NCBI RefSeq assembly: GCF_027921745.1
Contig: NC_079239.1
Coordinates: forward strand, 2,542,001-2,606,000
Length of the DNA stretch: 64,000 bases
Direction: 5' to 3'
Origin: Schizosaccharomyces osmophilus
Taxonomy: Eukaryota
Shown: positions 1 to 11,525 of the stretch, one piece after another
Position numbering within the stretch: position 1 is the first letter of the stretch
How the letters are laid out: each line of letters opens with the position of its first letter
Notes under the pieces: generated by a model
Told to the model about the DNA's origin: nothing
Seen by the model: only the letters and a program-made list of their open reading frames with translations
Database searches by the model: none
Made by a program: the position numbers and the translations under genes

Positions 1-650
1 AGAACACCAGCTTTGTAGTTCTTGGGATGACTTAATATGTCTAATTCATCTTCAAAAGGGTCTTTTTCATTCTCTTCGTCAGTGTTCTCTCCTGTATTCT
101 TCATTGCATTCAATCTCATGTGTTCCAATTTTGCCGAAGTATGCGCCGCAACAAGTTTATAAGCTTCATTTACAGATGATGGTACTTTAGGAATAGTAGA
201 AGTCAAATCCGTAGCCGAGTTGTTTTCCATATTATTCATTCCAATCATAGGGGCAGAATGACTTCGATCTAAAGTGGGTCTCTTGGCAATATTAGTAAGT
301 GATTGATTTGGGCTATCTTGCGTTCGAATACTCGATGCATAACGTTCATCAATGCTGTTGTTATCGGACACTGGTCTAGATGCAACAGGACTTGGCAATG
401 ATGGAATATTTAAGTTTCCATTGTCCGTAGAACCCGCAGACCCCGTCTGTCTATGAACAGCTGGTGAAGGTGCTCTATGGACGTTCAGAAATTGCGGTCC
501 ATCATCTTCGTCTGACTCTTCATCTCCTTCTTCTATTGAGAAGGAAGGAGGTGGTCGTTGATAGGTAGTCGGGTTAGTATACGGCGCTTGACTATTATTC
601 AAAAAGTGCCTTCTTTCAGTGTTAAATCGCACCCTTCGATTCCCTTCCAT
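1..650 (-). CDS. 5' part of DUF1212/Prm10-like membrane protein (S. pombe SPAC7D4.12c-like); runs off window start
   Basis: Open frame from ATG at 650 (MEGNRRVRFNTERR...) to the window edge, ending ...HPKNYKAGVL, reminiscent of the Prm10 N-terminal 'GVL' motif. Low-complexity S/P/D/E N-terminus. Remembered synteny. Confidence 0.6.
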   Translation of the reverse strand, partial: MEGNRRVRFNTERRHFLNNSQAPYTNPTTYQRPPPSFSIEEGDEESDEDDGPQFLNVHRAPSPAVHRQTGSAGSTDNGNLNIPSLPSPVASRPVSDNNSIDERYASSIRTQDSPNQSLTNIAKRPTLDRSHSAPMIGMNNMENNSATDLTSTIPKVPSSVNEAYKLVAAHTSAKLEHMRLNAMKNTGENTDEENEKDPFEDELDILSHPKNYKAGV

Positions 651-1251
651 TTCAATTCAATGTAAATTGTCACACAAGTCATCAAAAGAATAGATATATA
701 CGATCTTCAAGGAAACACCCTCGTTTGTAGGTTGTATAGATGAATTGTCAATACACCTTTACCAGGTCAATGAACCTTCAAGAAAAACAAAAGCAAATAA
801 ACAATTGACTATACTGGAAACCTTTTATGGTATGTTTCTCGTGCTCCTTACAGAATGAGGATGAACGGCCGTTGGTAGGAAGATACTAAGATTTTAGCAT
901 AGGTACATCTTAGGTATATCCTATGTCCGAACTTTTACGTATAGCAACACAAACAAGGACTCTTATTATATCAAGAATTACATATATATATATTTTTCCT
1001 TTTTATTTACATATAAATTTATTGGTTCCTTTATAGTTGATTATACAGGTAGGACTCCAAAAGAAACAGGTTAATTGCGGAATCACAAAGTTGTAAGACA
1101 ATATATTTTACCCAAACTATCAATTTTTATTCTCTATTTTTCTTATTCATTAAATTATTGGTACCTTCCAGTAATTAGAGAGCTTTTCGTAGATGCATCG
1201 TCAACGTCAGTTCACATGTACTTTTATAATTCCCGTATGAGATATTTGTTA

Positions 1252-2292
1252 TTAGAGATTTTTGATGCTCTTCTCGGTTGGTCGCGATCCATTAGAATAC
1301 TTTAAAGTATCTCGAAAAAAAGAATTATAGGTAGTCGGTAGCTGCAATTCATTTCCCTTTAATATTAAGAAGTCAAGCATTGTCAAAATTTCATTTTTAT
1401 GCAATATTTGATTTAAATAAACGTTTCGGAAGATCGATTTTGTGTGGCATCCTACACGATAAAACCTAGGGGTATTATACCGGGTAAAATTTAAATACCT
1501 GGATACGGGAAGCTTGGTAATAATTTCCATATTCTCCTGTAGGTATTTCTTTGAATACTCGAATTGGGCCTGCTTGCTCGTAGGACTCCCCCGGCAAGAA
1601 TATAGCAATTCAAGAGCTGCAACAGAAGGCAGCGTTGCCAAATCTAGTAGCTTATAGACAAGTAGATCCTTATACGGAATACAATTTTCTTTCCCTTTCT
1701 CTGAATTGAAGATTAGACTGACTAAATCCATCGTTTTGTAGAAGTCTTGATCCATAGGATCCAACTCCTCTTCGTCTTTCATCAACAGTTCAAATCTAAA
1801 TGGAAAAGGAACTTTTGAAAGGTAAACTTTTCCACCTTTATGTTGTAGGCCAAAACGTCTTGTCGTCAATTCATATAAAGAAGCTCGCATAAATCCTCTT
1901 TGGGTTAGCGTTCGAATAACTTTTTCTGTAATTGGAAACGGCTGATCAACTAAAACAATAGAGGATGAATCGTTGATTTGGTGTTTGCGTATTAAATCCT
2001 CCAGTGCCTTCGTTGTTTCATCCCATCTACTAGACAAAAACAATGCTGTATCTCGCTGTGGCTTGTGTCCTTTTACAACATATCTTTGCCCAAGTGCATT
2101 CAACTTCTCTTTTTCGTTATTCTTAGAAATTTCTTTTTGTTTCTGGATATCCTGGACCGTGTTCTTCAAACTATTTCTTAATACCCATATTCCAGACCTT
2201 TCAAGGTTTTGAATCCTCTTTTCAAATCAATAGTTAGTATGGAATTATAAAGCAAAATAACAATATAGAAAGCTTACAGTAATTAGGCCCAT
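1252..2292 (-). CDS. Schizosaccharomyces-specific protein of unknown function (SPAC7D4.13c-like), about 326 aa, 2 exons
   Basis: Exon 1 is 2292-2278 (MGLIT). Intron 2277-2218 (GTAAGC...ACTAAC...AAG). Exon 2 is 2217-1252, in frame with the 305-aa ORF. Confidence 0.7.
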
Positions 2293-2681
2293 ATACAATG
2301 GGTTATTTCGTAAAGGATAGCCTTTGCTGTTAGTTGGCGGCAATCCTCTGTTGGTTTAGTTTCTACTTCACAGCATCAACGCTTATGCATAAACAAGTAC
2401 AATTCTAATTATTAAATAAAACCAAAAAAAAAAAAAAAGAAGTTTGAGAAAACGGTAACTCTACATTCATTGTATCGCACATAGCAAGTACAATCGCCAA
2501 TTTTTTGGTCATTATTAGTATCTTCAGAGAAAATAACAATTAAACTATCATAAGATTTATAAATAAGTTTCTATAAAAAAATATATATATATCCTGCTAA
2601 ATATATGCAAAATGCTTGTGTTTCCAAAATTGTTTCAATGAGCATTGTAGTCCAAAAAAAATAAAATCCAAAAAAAGTCAA

Positions 2682-4277
2682 TCAGTAGTTGTAGCTTCCA
2701 TTCGGGTGATAGTCGATGTTCCTAGGGTCGTTCAAGGGATAACTATGAAACGCAGGATTTGGAGTCATACTCCTATAGTTCACAGCAGCTGACGGATTGT
2801 AGTAACCGGAAGCAGAAGGTGGTACTTGCATCTGAGGAAAAGCATTTGTACTTCTCACACGATGATGATAATACGGAGAATAAGACGATGACGAGTTATA
2901 TTGATCGTTATAACTTTCAAAGTCGCCATAATGAGATGCTGCTGGTAAGTTATGCATATCCTTCAATGAATATTCTGTAGGGTGGTAATGCTGTGGAACA
3001 TATGATCCTTCCCTATTGTAGGATGCAAACTGCAGAGGTGCTACCGAATTTCTAGGGGGAACGCTTATAGATTCAGCGGAAGAAGGATAACGAGAATGCA
3101 TTCCCGTCATATTCCTTTCGTATGGATGAAAACGAACCTTGGTTTCGGTAATCTCGGAACTATAGGTAGGTCGCGATGACCCAGCATCAGCGGGAACAGA
3201 GTACAGTTCAGTGGGAGGTAAATCTGGAACGCGTCTTATGGTGGTCTGTGGATGATTTACTTCATAAGGTGCCCAAGTTGGAGAGTATGCTTGTTGCTGA
3301 TTCGAAGGTTGTGACGAGCTAAACAGTGTCTCCGGAGGAGGAGGTCGAGGTGATAATTCCTCATCTTTGACGGTTACATTCGCAACCTCATCCTTTAAAG
3401 ATGAAGAATAAACCTTCTTAGGTGGTTGCTGAATTGCTGCCGATGGAGGCGGAGAAGGAAATCGAATATGCGTCGGAAGTTTATCGGCATTCGCGGAAGA
3501 CAATTCATTCACAGGTGATTGAATATGTTTCAAGCTTGGAACGGAGAAAGTGGGAACACGTGGAGGAGATGGTGCAGAAACACGAGAAGGCGCAAACGCA
3601 GACATGGGAGGAGATGGTATATCGGAAGCAGTTTGGGAGTCTTTGAAAGAAGACGCTTGCTTAACAGATTTCATGTCTATTTGTTCAAGGCTTTTACTAA
3701 CAAATAATTGAAGTTGCGAAGAATCCTTTTGGTCCTCGGTTTTCTCAGGCTTCCCTGCGTCTTCTAAAGTTGCATTTTTATATGACACATCAGAAACAAC
3801 GGGTAAGCCTGAAGGCGAAAGAGGTGCTCCTTCCACATGTTCTTTCGCCACATTATTATTGTCTTTCTGATTCTTTTCTTGATTTGAATCCACATGTTCC
3901 CGACGTAGTGCCTCCAATGATCCTTCAGACCTTTGTACTCGAGATAATCCCAATCCAGGAATATTTGTAAGCTCGCTAGATACAGGCTTCAATTCCTCTA
4001 TCAGTGGAGTCTCACTTATTGACCTCTTCGAACCAGAGGATTCATGAACCTTTGGTTCTGAATCCTTCACTTCCAAGCTGGTCTCCTCTTGTAATCCACG
4101 GTTTTGTGGGTGTTCCCGCTTTTTACTCCCTCTTTTCAAAGAGCTTGAAAGCTTCTCCTTTAAAAAATTTAATTTAGCTTCTTCTGGGACCTCAATCCGG
4201 CTGTGTTCACCTTTAAAAACCGTATTTCGAAAAACAATGATTTTTTCGAACTCCTGCTCCCATTCTACGGGATTCAT
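2682..4277 (-). CDS. iss10: NURS/MTREC complex subunit Iss10-like, S/P-rich disordered protein
   Basis: 531-aa ATG ORF with a short ordered N-terminus (WEQEFEKIIVFRNTVFKGEHSRIEVP) followed by S/P/Y-rich disorder. Syntenic position next to atg1802. Confidence 0.7.
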   Translation of the reverse strand: MNPVEWEQEFEKIIVFRNTVFKGEHSRIEVPEEAKLNFLKEKLSSSLKRGSKKREHPQNRGLQEETSLEVKDSEPKVHESSGSKRSISETPLIEELKPVSSELTNIPGLGLSRVQRSEGSLEALRREHVDSNQEKNQKDNNNVAKEHVEGAPLSPSGLPVVSDVSYKNATLEDAGKPEKTEDQKDSSQLQLFVSKSLEQIDMKSVKQASSFKDSQTASDIPSPPMSAFAPSRVSAPSPPRVPTFSVPSLKHIQSPVNELSSANADKLPTHIRFPSPPPSAAIQQPPKKVYSSSLKDEVANVTVKDEELSPRPPPPETLFSSSQPSNQQQAYSPTWAPYEVNHPQTTIRRVPDLPPTELYSVPADAGSSRPTYSSEITETKVRFHPYERNMTGMHSRYPSSAESISVPPRNSVAPLQFASYNREGSYVPQHYHPTEYSLKDMHNLPAASHYGDFESYNDQYNSSSSYSPYYHHRVRSTNAFPQMQVPPSASGYYNPSAAVNYRSMTPNPAFHSYPLNDPRNIDYHPNGSYNY

Positions 4278-4671
4278 TGATCTTGCTAAAGCTAATTTAT
4301 ATATGCTTGTATATTTATATTATAAGTGTCTTCTCTTCCAGTGGCTCTTGCCAAACCCTTAGCTTCATCAAACGTAGTTGTTCATTGTAAAACACCAACG
4401 GTTCTCTCAGAAAACTGCTCTTGTCAATTCAGTCACCATACACTAAAAATAACAGAAATTTTGATATATAAGTTCTTTTTTAATACTATATTCACTGAAT
4501 CTGTTTCCTTGGGTTGCAAGCAACTGCATTGGATTTAACTTAAGAAAATATCCGATTCTTATGAAGCAAATATTGGAGCTTAATGGTGTTATATTCAAAA
4601 CAATTTTATAAACGCTCTTATCTTTTTTAGTCCTAAAAGGCTTTGCAAGAAATATTTGATCTGTCGGAATC

Positions 4672-5870
4672 ATGGCTCCTGTGGTTTTACACTGCTCTTG
4701 GAACCAGGATCAAAGGTTAGTACCTTGTTGAAAACTTTTCATTAACAGAATTCATTTAGCTTTCTCTCAGTTGGGACAGAAACCGGTTTTCAGATTTATC
4801 AGTGCGATCCGTTTACTTTACGTTTCTCGAAAGGTAAGATTACAGCCGCAGAGAGCGATTTTGGGACAAGCGATAACATTTGCTAGAAACAAACGGTGTT
4901 GCTTTTTGTGAGATGCTTAATCGATCATCACTTGTTGCGCTTGTTCAGGTGTCGCCCGCATCTACTCGATTACTTAAGCTCATTGATATAAAGGTTTGTT
5001 CACTTGGAAATATATTTTATTAACATAAACAAATACAGAAAGATGTCGAGCTTTGTGACATGTTCTATCCTGCTCCAGTATTGAATGCTCGTCTTACGGT
5101 TACTCGTCTGGTTGTAGTTATCAAGGGGAGCATTTACGTTTACAATCTTAAGAATCTGAATTTGATTAACACTTTGGCAACAATTTCTTCAAATAAAATC
5201 GCATTCTGTGCTCATGAATCCTTTATTGCCTACAATTCACCCCAGGTTCCAGGCCATGTATACTTGACTTCACTGGAGACAGCAATGCCGATTACACTGC
5301 TATATTGTCATTCGAGTCCAGTGCGATGTATTGAATTTCATCCAGATGGACGCCTGATAGCTACAGCATCCGCCAAGGGTACAGTTATACGCATTATGTC
5401 AACATTAACTGGGGAAAAAGTTATGGAACTGAGACGTGGGTACCTGCCTGCTTCTGTTGTTTCAATCGCCTTTCATCCAAAAGAACCCTTTTTGGCCTGT
5501 GCTTCTGAGAATGGAACTATTCATATATACAGACTGTCAAAGCAGACCGTTTCTGAAACTAATCATTCTCCTGCTTCTTCTGTGAGCAACTCATCCTCCT
5601 GGTCAAAATTTCTTAAATCCAATGTCACTAAACCACTAGAAGCTCGAAGGGAGTTTGCGACAGCGAAAATACCAGAGTCATCGTTTTATGGAAAAATCGT
5701 CTTCTGTGCATCAAAACCTCATGTACAGGTAATCTCTTACAGTGGACAATACTATCGTTTTGTGGTTGACTTAAAACATGGTGGAAACTGTGCCATGCTG
5801 GAAAAGTACATGTAAGTTGAAGGAAAGTTCCATGAATTTTTGCTAACTTTGATTTAGACTTGATGAATAA
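4672..5870 (+). CDS. atg1802: PROPPIN WD-repeat autophagy protein Atg18b, 5 exons
   Basis: Introns 4716-4759, 4834-4886, 4994-5038 and 5812-5857. Motifs ATASAKGTVIRI and LRRG (phosphoinositide binding). Confidence 0.85.
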
Positions 5871-6342
5871 ATTATTATGGTTTGCGGAACGGATTACTGG
5901 TAATGAACTTTTAAATATCCTCTACGAAAAGGTGGATTTTCTATATGAATAAACTAATCAGTTATGAATTTTATATTTATCTTTCCTTGTCTTATTTGGA
6001 CGTTGTCTTATAATGTCATAATGATCATGCATTTGGTACTAAGAATTTGGAATGTTCAGCACGTTAAATAAACAGGTTCGTTCCATTTTTGTTAAGAACT
6101 GTGGTATTAGCTTTTTACCTGCAAACTTCCTTTTTTATATATTACAGTCTATACCAATTGCAAGACTAGGCAAACAGTATCACAAATTATAACAATACAG
6201 TGTACTAGTTTTTCGAAAAACACTGTCGGTTGGAAGCTTGATTTATTGAAATTAAGCATAAAGGAGAACAGTTGAATAAATTAACAACGACTTGCCAAAC
6301 ACTATCATAAGGTCATAGAGGTAAGGGTAAGAATAAAAGAAA

Positions 6343-7278
6343 TTATAAAAAGTAATCTGGTGTCCTCCTTGTAACTTTCAATTCATCTTTTCTGGGAGCC
6401 GTTTCATACTGGATGAACGCATAGTTAATATGATCATCAATGCCCATGATGGCTGCTTGATTTCCGCAACGATAGCAATAATTTGGAGCAGAAAAAATTG
6501 TTACTACATTATGACTATTTGTCCAATTGTAACCCTCCATTACTAGTTGATGAGCTCTGGCAATCAAGTCCAAACCGTTGTTGTGATTGAATGTTTCGGC
6601 AATATCTGGCCCAAACGTGTAGCCAGCACCACGGGGCGAAATTCCCCATCCGGGACGGTCCTCTGGATCCGACCATAAAAGATCACATATGGGACCCTCG
6701 TGAGGAATTTCTTGAATACGGTCAAGGATTCGGATATGGTCTAAAGTATCGATGCTAGGAGATAAACCTCCATGCATGCAGAGAATTTTGTCTTCTATTA
6801 AAGCTGTTAAAGGCAAAAAATCAAAGAGATCAGTAAAGCATTGCCATATATTGGCATTGCCATATTTGCGAAGACATTCATCATAGAATCCATAAACTTG
6901 AGTAATCTGTCTAGACTCATGGTTACCACGAAGGATGGTGATGCGGTGAGGGAATCGTATTTTGAGTGCTACCAGCAATGAGACAGTTTCTACACTGTGA
7001 TAACCCCTATCCACGTAGTCACCCATAAATAAATAATTTGTATCAGGAGAATGTCCTCCAATATTAAAAAGTTCTTGTAAGTCATGAAATTGCCCGTGGA
7101 TGTCACCACACACAGTTACAGGGCATCTTACACTTTGCACATTCGATTCATTAGCTAAGACTCCTTTGGCCATTTCACACATTTGATAAATATCATCTTC
7201 AGAAAGAGGCTCACATTTCGACAGCTGCTCAATCCAGCGGTCTATGTCAGCTCTGGAACCGGTTAATTCCGACATCAT
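6343..7278 (-). CDS. ppa1: Protein phosphatase 2A catalytic subunit (minor), intronless
   Basis: GDIHG, GDYVDRG, RGNHE and SAPNYC motifs; C-terminal TPDYFL. Confidence 0.93.
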   Translation of the reverse strand: MMSELTGSRADIDRWIEQLSKCEPLSEDDIYQMCEMAKGVLANESNVQSVRCPVTVCGDIHGQFHDLQELFNIGGHSPDTNYLFMGDYVDRGYHSVETVSLLVALKIRFPHRITILRGNHESRQITQVYGFYDECLRKYGNANIWQCFTDLFDFLPLTALIEDKILCMHGGLSPSIDTLDHIRILDRIQEIPHEGPICDLLWSDPEDRPGWGISPRGAGYTFGPDIAETFNHNNGLDLIARAHQLVMEGYNWTNSHNVVTIFSAPNYCYRCGNQAAIMGIDDHINYAFIQYETAPRKDELKVTRRTPDYFL

Positions 7279-8082
7279 TATAATAATCGTAAATGCAAAT
7301 CAAACGCTGCTGCCGAATAGATCCAAAAATAACGAAAGAAGCCGAAAGCTTCAAGAATGGTATCTGTTTTATTTGATCGATTTATCTCGTTGTTATTCAG
7401 AATTTTTCCTTTTCTTTTTTTGGGAGCAGACCACTAACTGTGTCAACCTCTTTTGAAATTATGTCTGAATGTCCCCAAACAAGAAGAGGTGGAAGATGTA
7501 TACCTTTTGATCAATAGAGAATAAAAGACGAGCTCCTATGTTTTCTTTCAAAAAAGCTGAGTAGTCTTCAGCTAGTTTTTGGTAAAGGAAAAGAGTCAAG
7601 TGACCACTTGCTAAGTAACGAAAGAATGATTCTTGATGGTAGGAAACGCATCCACACACAAGTTTTGCTGATGGCAAGGATAATTTGGAAATGCAAGAAA
7701 AAAATAAAAAATATAATTACTAAAAATTTAAGATTGAACCGATTTCCTCTCCAAGCAGGATGGTTTCAGATTCATGAAGGAAACAAAAAAGCAACCTCGC
7801 TAGTTTATTTAGAGATCAACACAAATAGCGAATCTTATAGTTGAAGTAATAAGATAAAAGGATTGTTGTATTTTATTGAGGTTTTACTATAGAGTTGTTT
7901 GTCTCTTCTTTTTTAAATTTTTGTGAAATACTCGACAGAATTTATACTGCCTTTTTTTCCAGGGTCTTGTTTTTGAGTGGTTAAAAATCAGCTTAGCAAA
8001 CAATACTTCGTTAAGCTCCATAAATTCATTTACGATAAGACAGGATTGTATAAATGAGCTTTGGAAAAGGAGGTATCAGGCC

Positions 8083-9099
8083 TTATACAGTGATTTTAGA
8101 CTTAAACTCAATCAAGGCCTTATGAATCTCAGAGAACGTTTCAAATTCGGTATAGGAAACGTTTTCTCTTTTGCAATAGGTGATCAAATCACGTCCTTTC
8201 TTTGCATATAAGTGTTCGGTTTCTTTGGCGGCACTTAAATCGGATACACCATCTCCACAGTAGACCATGTGAGGTCGCTTTTCTTCAGGAAGTTGAGCAT
8301 AGGGACGAATGGTGAGACTCTTGTCGTGTCCAAAATGAGTATCGTCGTGATATACTATATTCCAAGTACCATCTTCATTAACATTTATATCATTGGAGAC
8401 GATTTCGATTTTGGTAGCCTCTTCTTTGCCCAAGTATTGTTCTAAAAGACTGCGAATAAAGGGCATCATTCCACTAGAGAGAATGACCAAACGTACGCCT
8501 TCTTTTTGGCACCATTCATAAAAAGAGGGAAAGTCGGGATCAATAGCAACGTTCTTTTTCAAAGTCTCAAGAGTTTCTTCGTACTTCAAGGGTACACTGT
8601 TGAGCATTTGAGCAAATCCATCACTGATAGTAAGTAAAACATATCAAATGAAATGAAATTTTATATGGTCAACATACCGAAAACTGAGTTTTCCTTGGAT
8701 AATTTCTTGGTTCAATTGAACACGCATAGCTTGACCCATACCATAGTTATCTGTGGGACCGGTTAGATGCTATTTAGGTAGAATGAGAGTAGATATTCCT
8801 TGTGATAACGAATGGCTTCTCCTTTTAGGTCTGTCAAATTGGGGACTTCCCGTTCTAGCCCAACTACATTTGTATTCACACAGAACAGAAATGCCTACAG
8901 GGAAAGGCTCTATGCCTTTTGCTTCTTTCCTTTTTTAAGCAACTTACCGGTCAAATAATCATTGGAATCTTGCTGAGTGATGGTACCTAATATGTAAGAT
9001 GTGAGCTTTTCAACCTCTGATTGAAGAACCCTTCGTGATATCAACTTTATTCATACCATCAAAGTCACTGAAGACATATAATTGTTTATTAAGAGACAT
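8083..9099 (-). CDS. ptf1: HAD-superfamily phosphatase (MtnX-like/Ptf1), 4 exons
   Basis: MSLNKQLYVFSDFDGTIT (DxDGT motif) after splicing introns 9056-8987, 8947-8751 and 8677-8624; GDGVSD motif. Confidence 0.8.
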
Positions 9100-10253
9100 A
9101 ATATTAAAATACGACTTGTGTTTTTATTTCCTAAGGATTTCTTACTTGTTTAGGATGTGGTATGTCAGAAGAGACAGGACGACAGCTCTGAAGTGTTTTT
9201 AAAAGGGAATTTCGTAAACCAAATATTCGTTTCTACGATAGAAGGATGGATTACATATAGAAAACTCTAGAAAAACTATCTTTCTATTGTCTTTTGTCTT
9301 TCATTATAAAATTAAAAATACAAGATCGCTGGTGACGATCCATAACGGTTCAAAGACTAGGTATAATCAGAAGATATTTGTACTCTGAAATGATAAACAA
9401 TGTGGAAATTAAACCAGTCCTTGATGCATTTACCGATGGGTGAAAAAGAGGAGGAACCATGCCAATAAAATGGATGTGGGCATAAACGCCTAGGTTTAAC
9501 GACATGGAGCAATTTCTGTTTTTTTCCTTTATTGTTCTTATCATTATACCAGAGTGAAAAGCACCTGGTCGTTTCGCTCATTGATTTTATGGTTTCCTTG
9601 GAGATTTCAATTTGGAAAAAGAGGTTTCTCTGATACCGCCAAAAGAGATTGAACGCTAGAAACTGTTACCGATATAGTTATCTCGCTCCCTCCTTTAAAA
9701 TCTCTCTTTTCCGAAAGAACTAAGTGCCTTGTCTTGTGGAGTTATGAATGATTCAGTGTTCCATATTGTACAAATAGAGGAAAAAGTTCTTAATAGAGAA
9801 TCTACGATGCAGAAAAGAAGTAGGAAGTTTTTGAGAAGCGTACTAAAGCTATGCTAACACTCAACATGCTGACAAAGTCTGCTTAAAATGTAGCAATCAA
9901 TTGGGAACATTTATGGCACATGCTGAAGGTTTCATACATGAAAAGGAAGTTATTTGTGAACAGAAACCTATACATTCTCTTCATTTTTTAACAGAATAAA
10001 TATTCAAAGTCTAGAAATGTTTTCAGATATGTGCTTAATGGTACCTTACTTTTGTGTGAAGTCTTAATTTCTTTCAACAAAATTTAATGAAAATAGATAA
10101 CTAAAACAAAAGCAAAAGCGTCTAAGCAAAGTCAAACACTTACCTCTTCTAAACTTACCTGATCTGATAAATTAAACTATTTCTTTTGGCGAAGACGAGA
10201 CCAAACAATTTAGAACTGGTTCATTCAAACGTTTCAAGAAAATCAGATACATC

Positions 10254-11246
10254 ATGAAGGTGAACTGGAATGGTGTAACAAATGCTATTAAGCAGTTTTC
10301 CTTTAAAATCTCTTCTGCTCGTTCTGGAAGGGAAGCATTCTCATTTCGGGAAGCTATGCTACAAGCTAGCCGTAGATTAAACGAGTTTACTGGATACACT
10401 ACTATTGAATCTTTAAAGAAAACTGTTGTTTTACGAGAACGGCAGCTCAAAGAATTTCGAAAACTAGCGAACGATGCTCGCAGAGCATACCTAGAAGCCG
10501 TCGAAAGGAGGTCATCTAGTCAACGAGAAGTCAATGAATTACTTCAAAGAAGAGGCAGCTGGTCTTCGACAGATCTAGAGCGATTTACTAAATTATATAG
10601 AGAAGACTACTCCAATAAAGAAAATGAAACTCTGCTTCAGGAAAATGTCAAATCTACTGAGGAGAAAATAGAGGATGCACAGAATGGTCTTGTGCAATCT
10701 ATCCTATCGCGGTACCATGAAGAGCAAGTATGGAGTGATAAAATCCGGCAAACGAGCACTTGGGGTACTTGGGGACTCATGGGTATTAACGTTCTGTTGT
10801 TCGTTGTTGTCCAACTTATATTGGAACCGAAGAGACGACGAAGATGGGTTCAGGAGTCAATGGAATTTGTTGAGAAGGAAAATAAAGATAAAATGGAATT
10901 ACAAATTCAAAAACTATCTGAATTGGAAGAAAAAATATCTGAGGATGTCGCCAAGTATGGATCGCAAAAATCAGAGAGCTCCTCCAGGACGGATCTTGAT
11001 TCTAGTGAGCCTTCGTCAAAGCCTTCAGTTTTGTTTCAATTTCTTCAAAGAATACCCTCTTTAGATTTCTCTTCCTTCAAATCCTTTACCGGTTCCATCA
11101 AAGCCATTATACGCTATATATTGTCTCCTTCTGATGTTGTACAGGTCACCCATAAACAACTTTCCATGCTAATGACTGAGTTTGTTTTTACCGGAGGAGC
11201 GATACTATGCTCAACTCTATTTCTGTTCCGTCTTTTCAGACATTAA
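10254..11246 (+). CDS. she9: Mitochondrial inner membrane protein She9/Mdm33
   Basis: LNEFTGY, RSSSQREVNELLQR and YHEEQVWSDKIRQTSTWGTWGLMGINV family motifs; coiled coils plus 2 TMs. Confidence 0.9.
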   Translation: MKVNWNGVTNAIKQFSFKISSARSGREAFSFREAMLQASRRLNEFTGYTTIESLKKTVVLRERQLKEFRKLANDARRAYLEAVERRSSSQREVNELLQRRGSWSSTDLERFTKLYREDYSNKENETLLQENVKSTEEKIEDAQNGLVQSILSRYHEEQVWSDKIRQTSTWGTWGLMGINVLLFVVVQLILEPKRRRRWVQESMEFVEKENKDKMELQIQKLSELEEKISEDVAKYGSQKSESSSRTDLDSSEPSSKPSVLFQFLQRIPSLDFSSFKSFTGSIKAIIRYILSPSDVVQVTHKQLSMLMTEFVFTGGAILCSTLFLFRLFRH

Positions 11247-11525
11247 CGATTGCTCTATATCTATGAAATGTTTTACTTCTTTGGTCAATGTGCATTCTAT
11301 ATCCTTCTATTCAGGGCTCTTAAAATAACTCGATTTATAAATGAACTTCAAATTAGTTGGTTCTACTTTCATATTTATTTAGAAAACAACTTTACCTTGA
11401 ATTTCATATAATTTCATCCTCTCTTTTTACTACAAGTAAATATGACACAATTTTGGATCGGTGGTCTCTCATAAATAAATAAATATTGTAAATGTTCGTA
11501 AAAAAAGATCTCGTTGCTAAAAAAA

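Noticed and set aside
9100..10250. Long ptf1-she9 divergent intergenic region as a possible hidden gene
   Set aside because: Only short, non-protein-like ORFs; no splice pattern or RNA motif that I can support.
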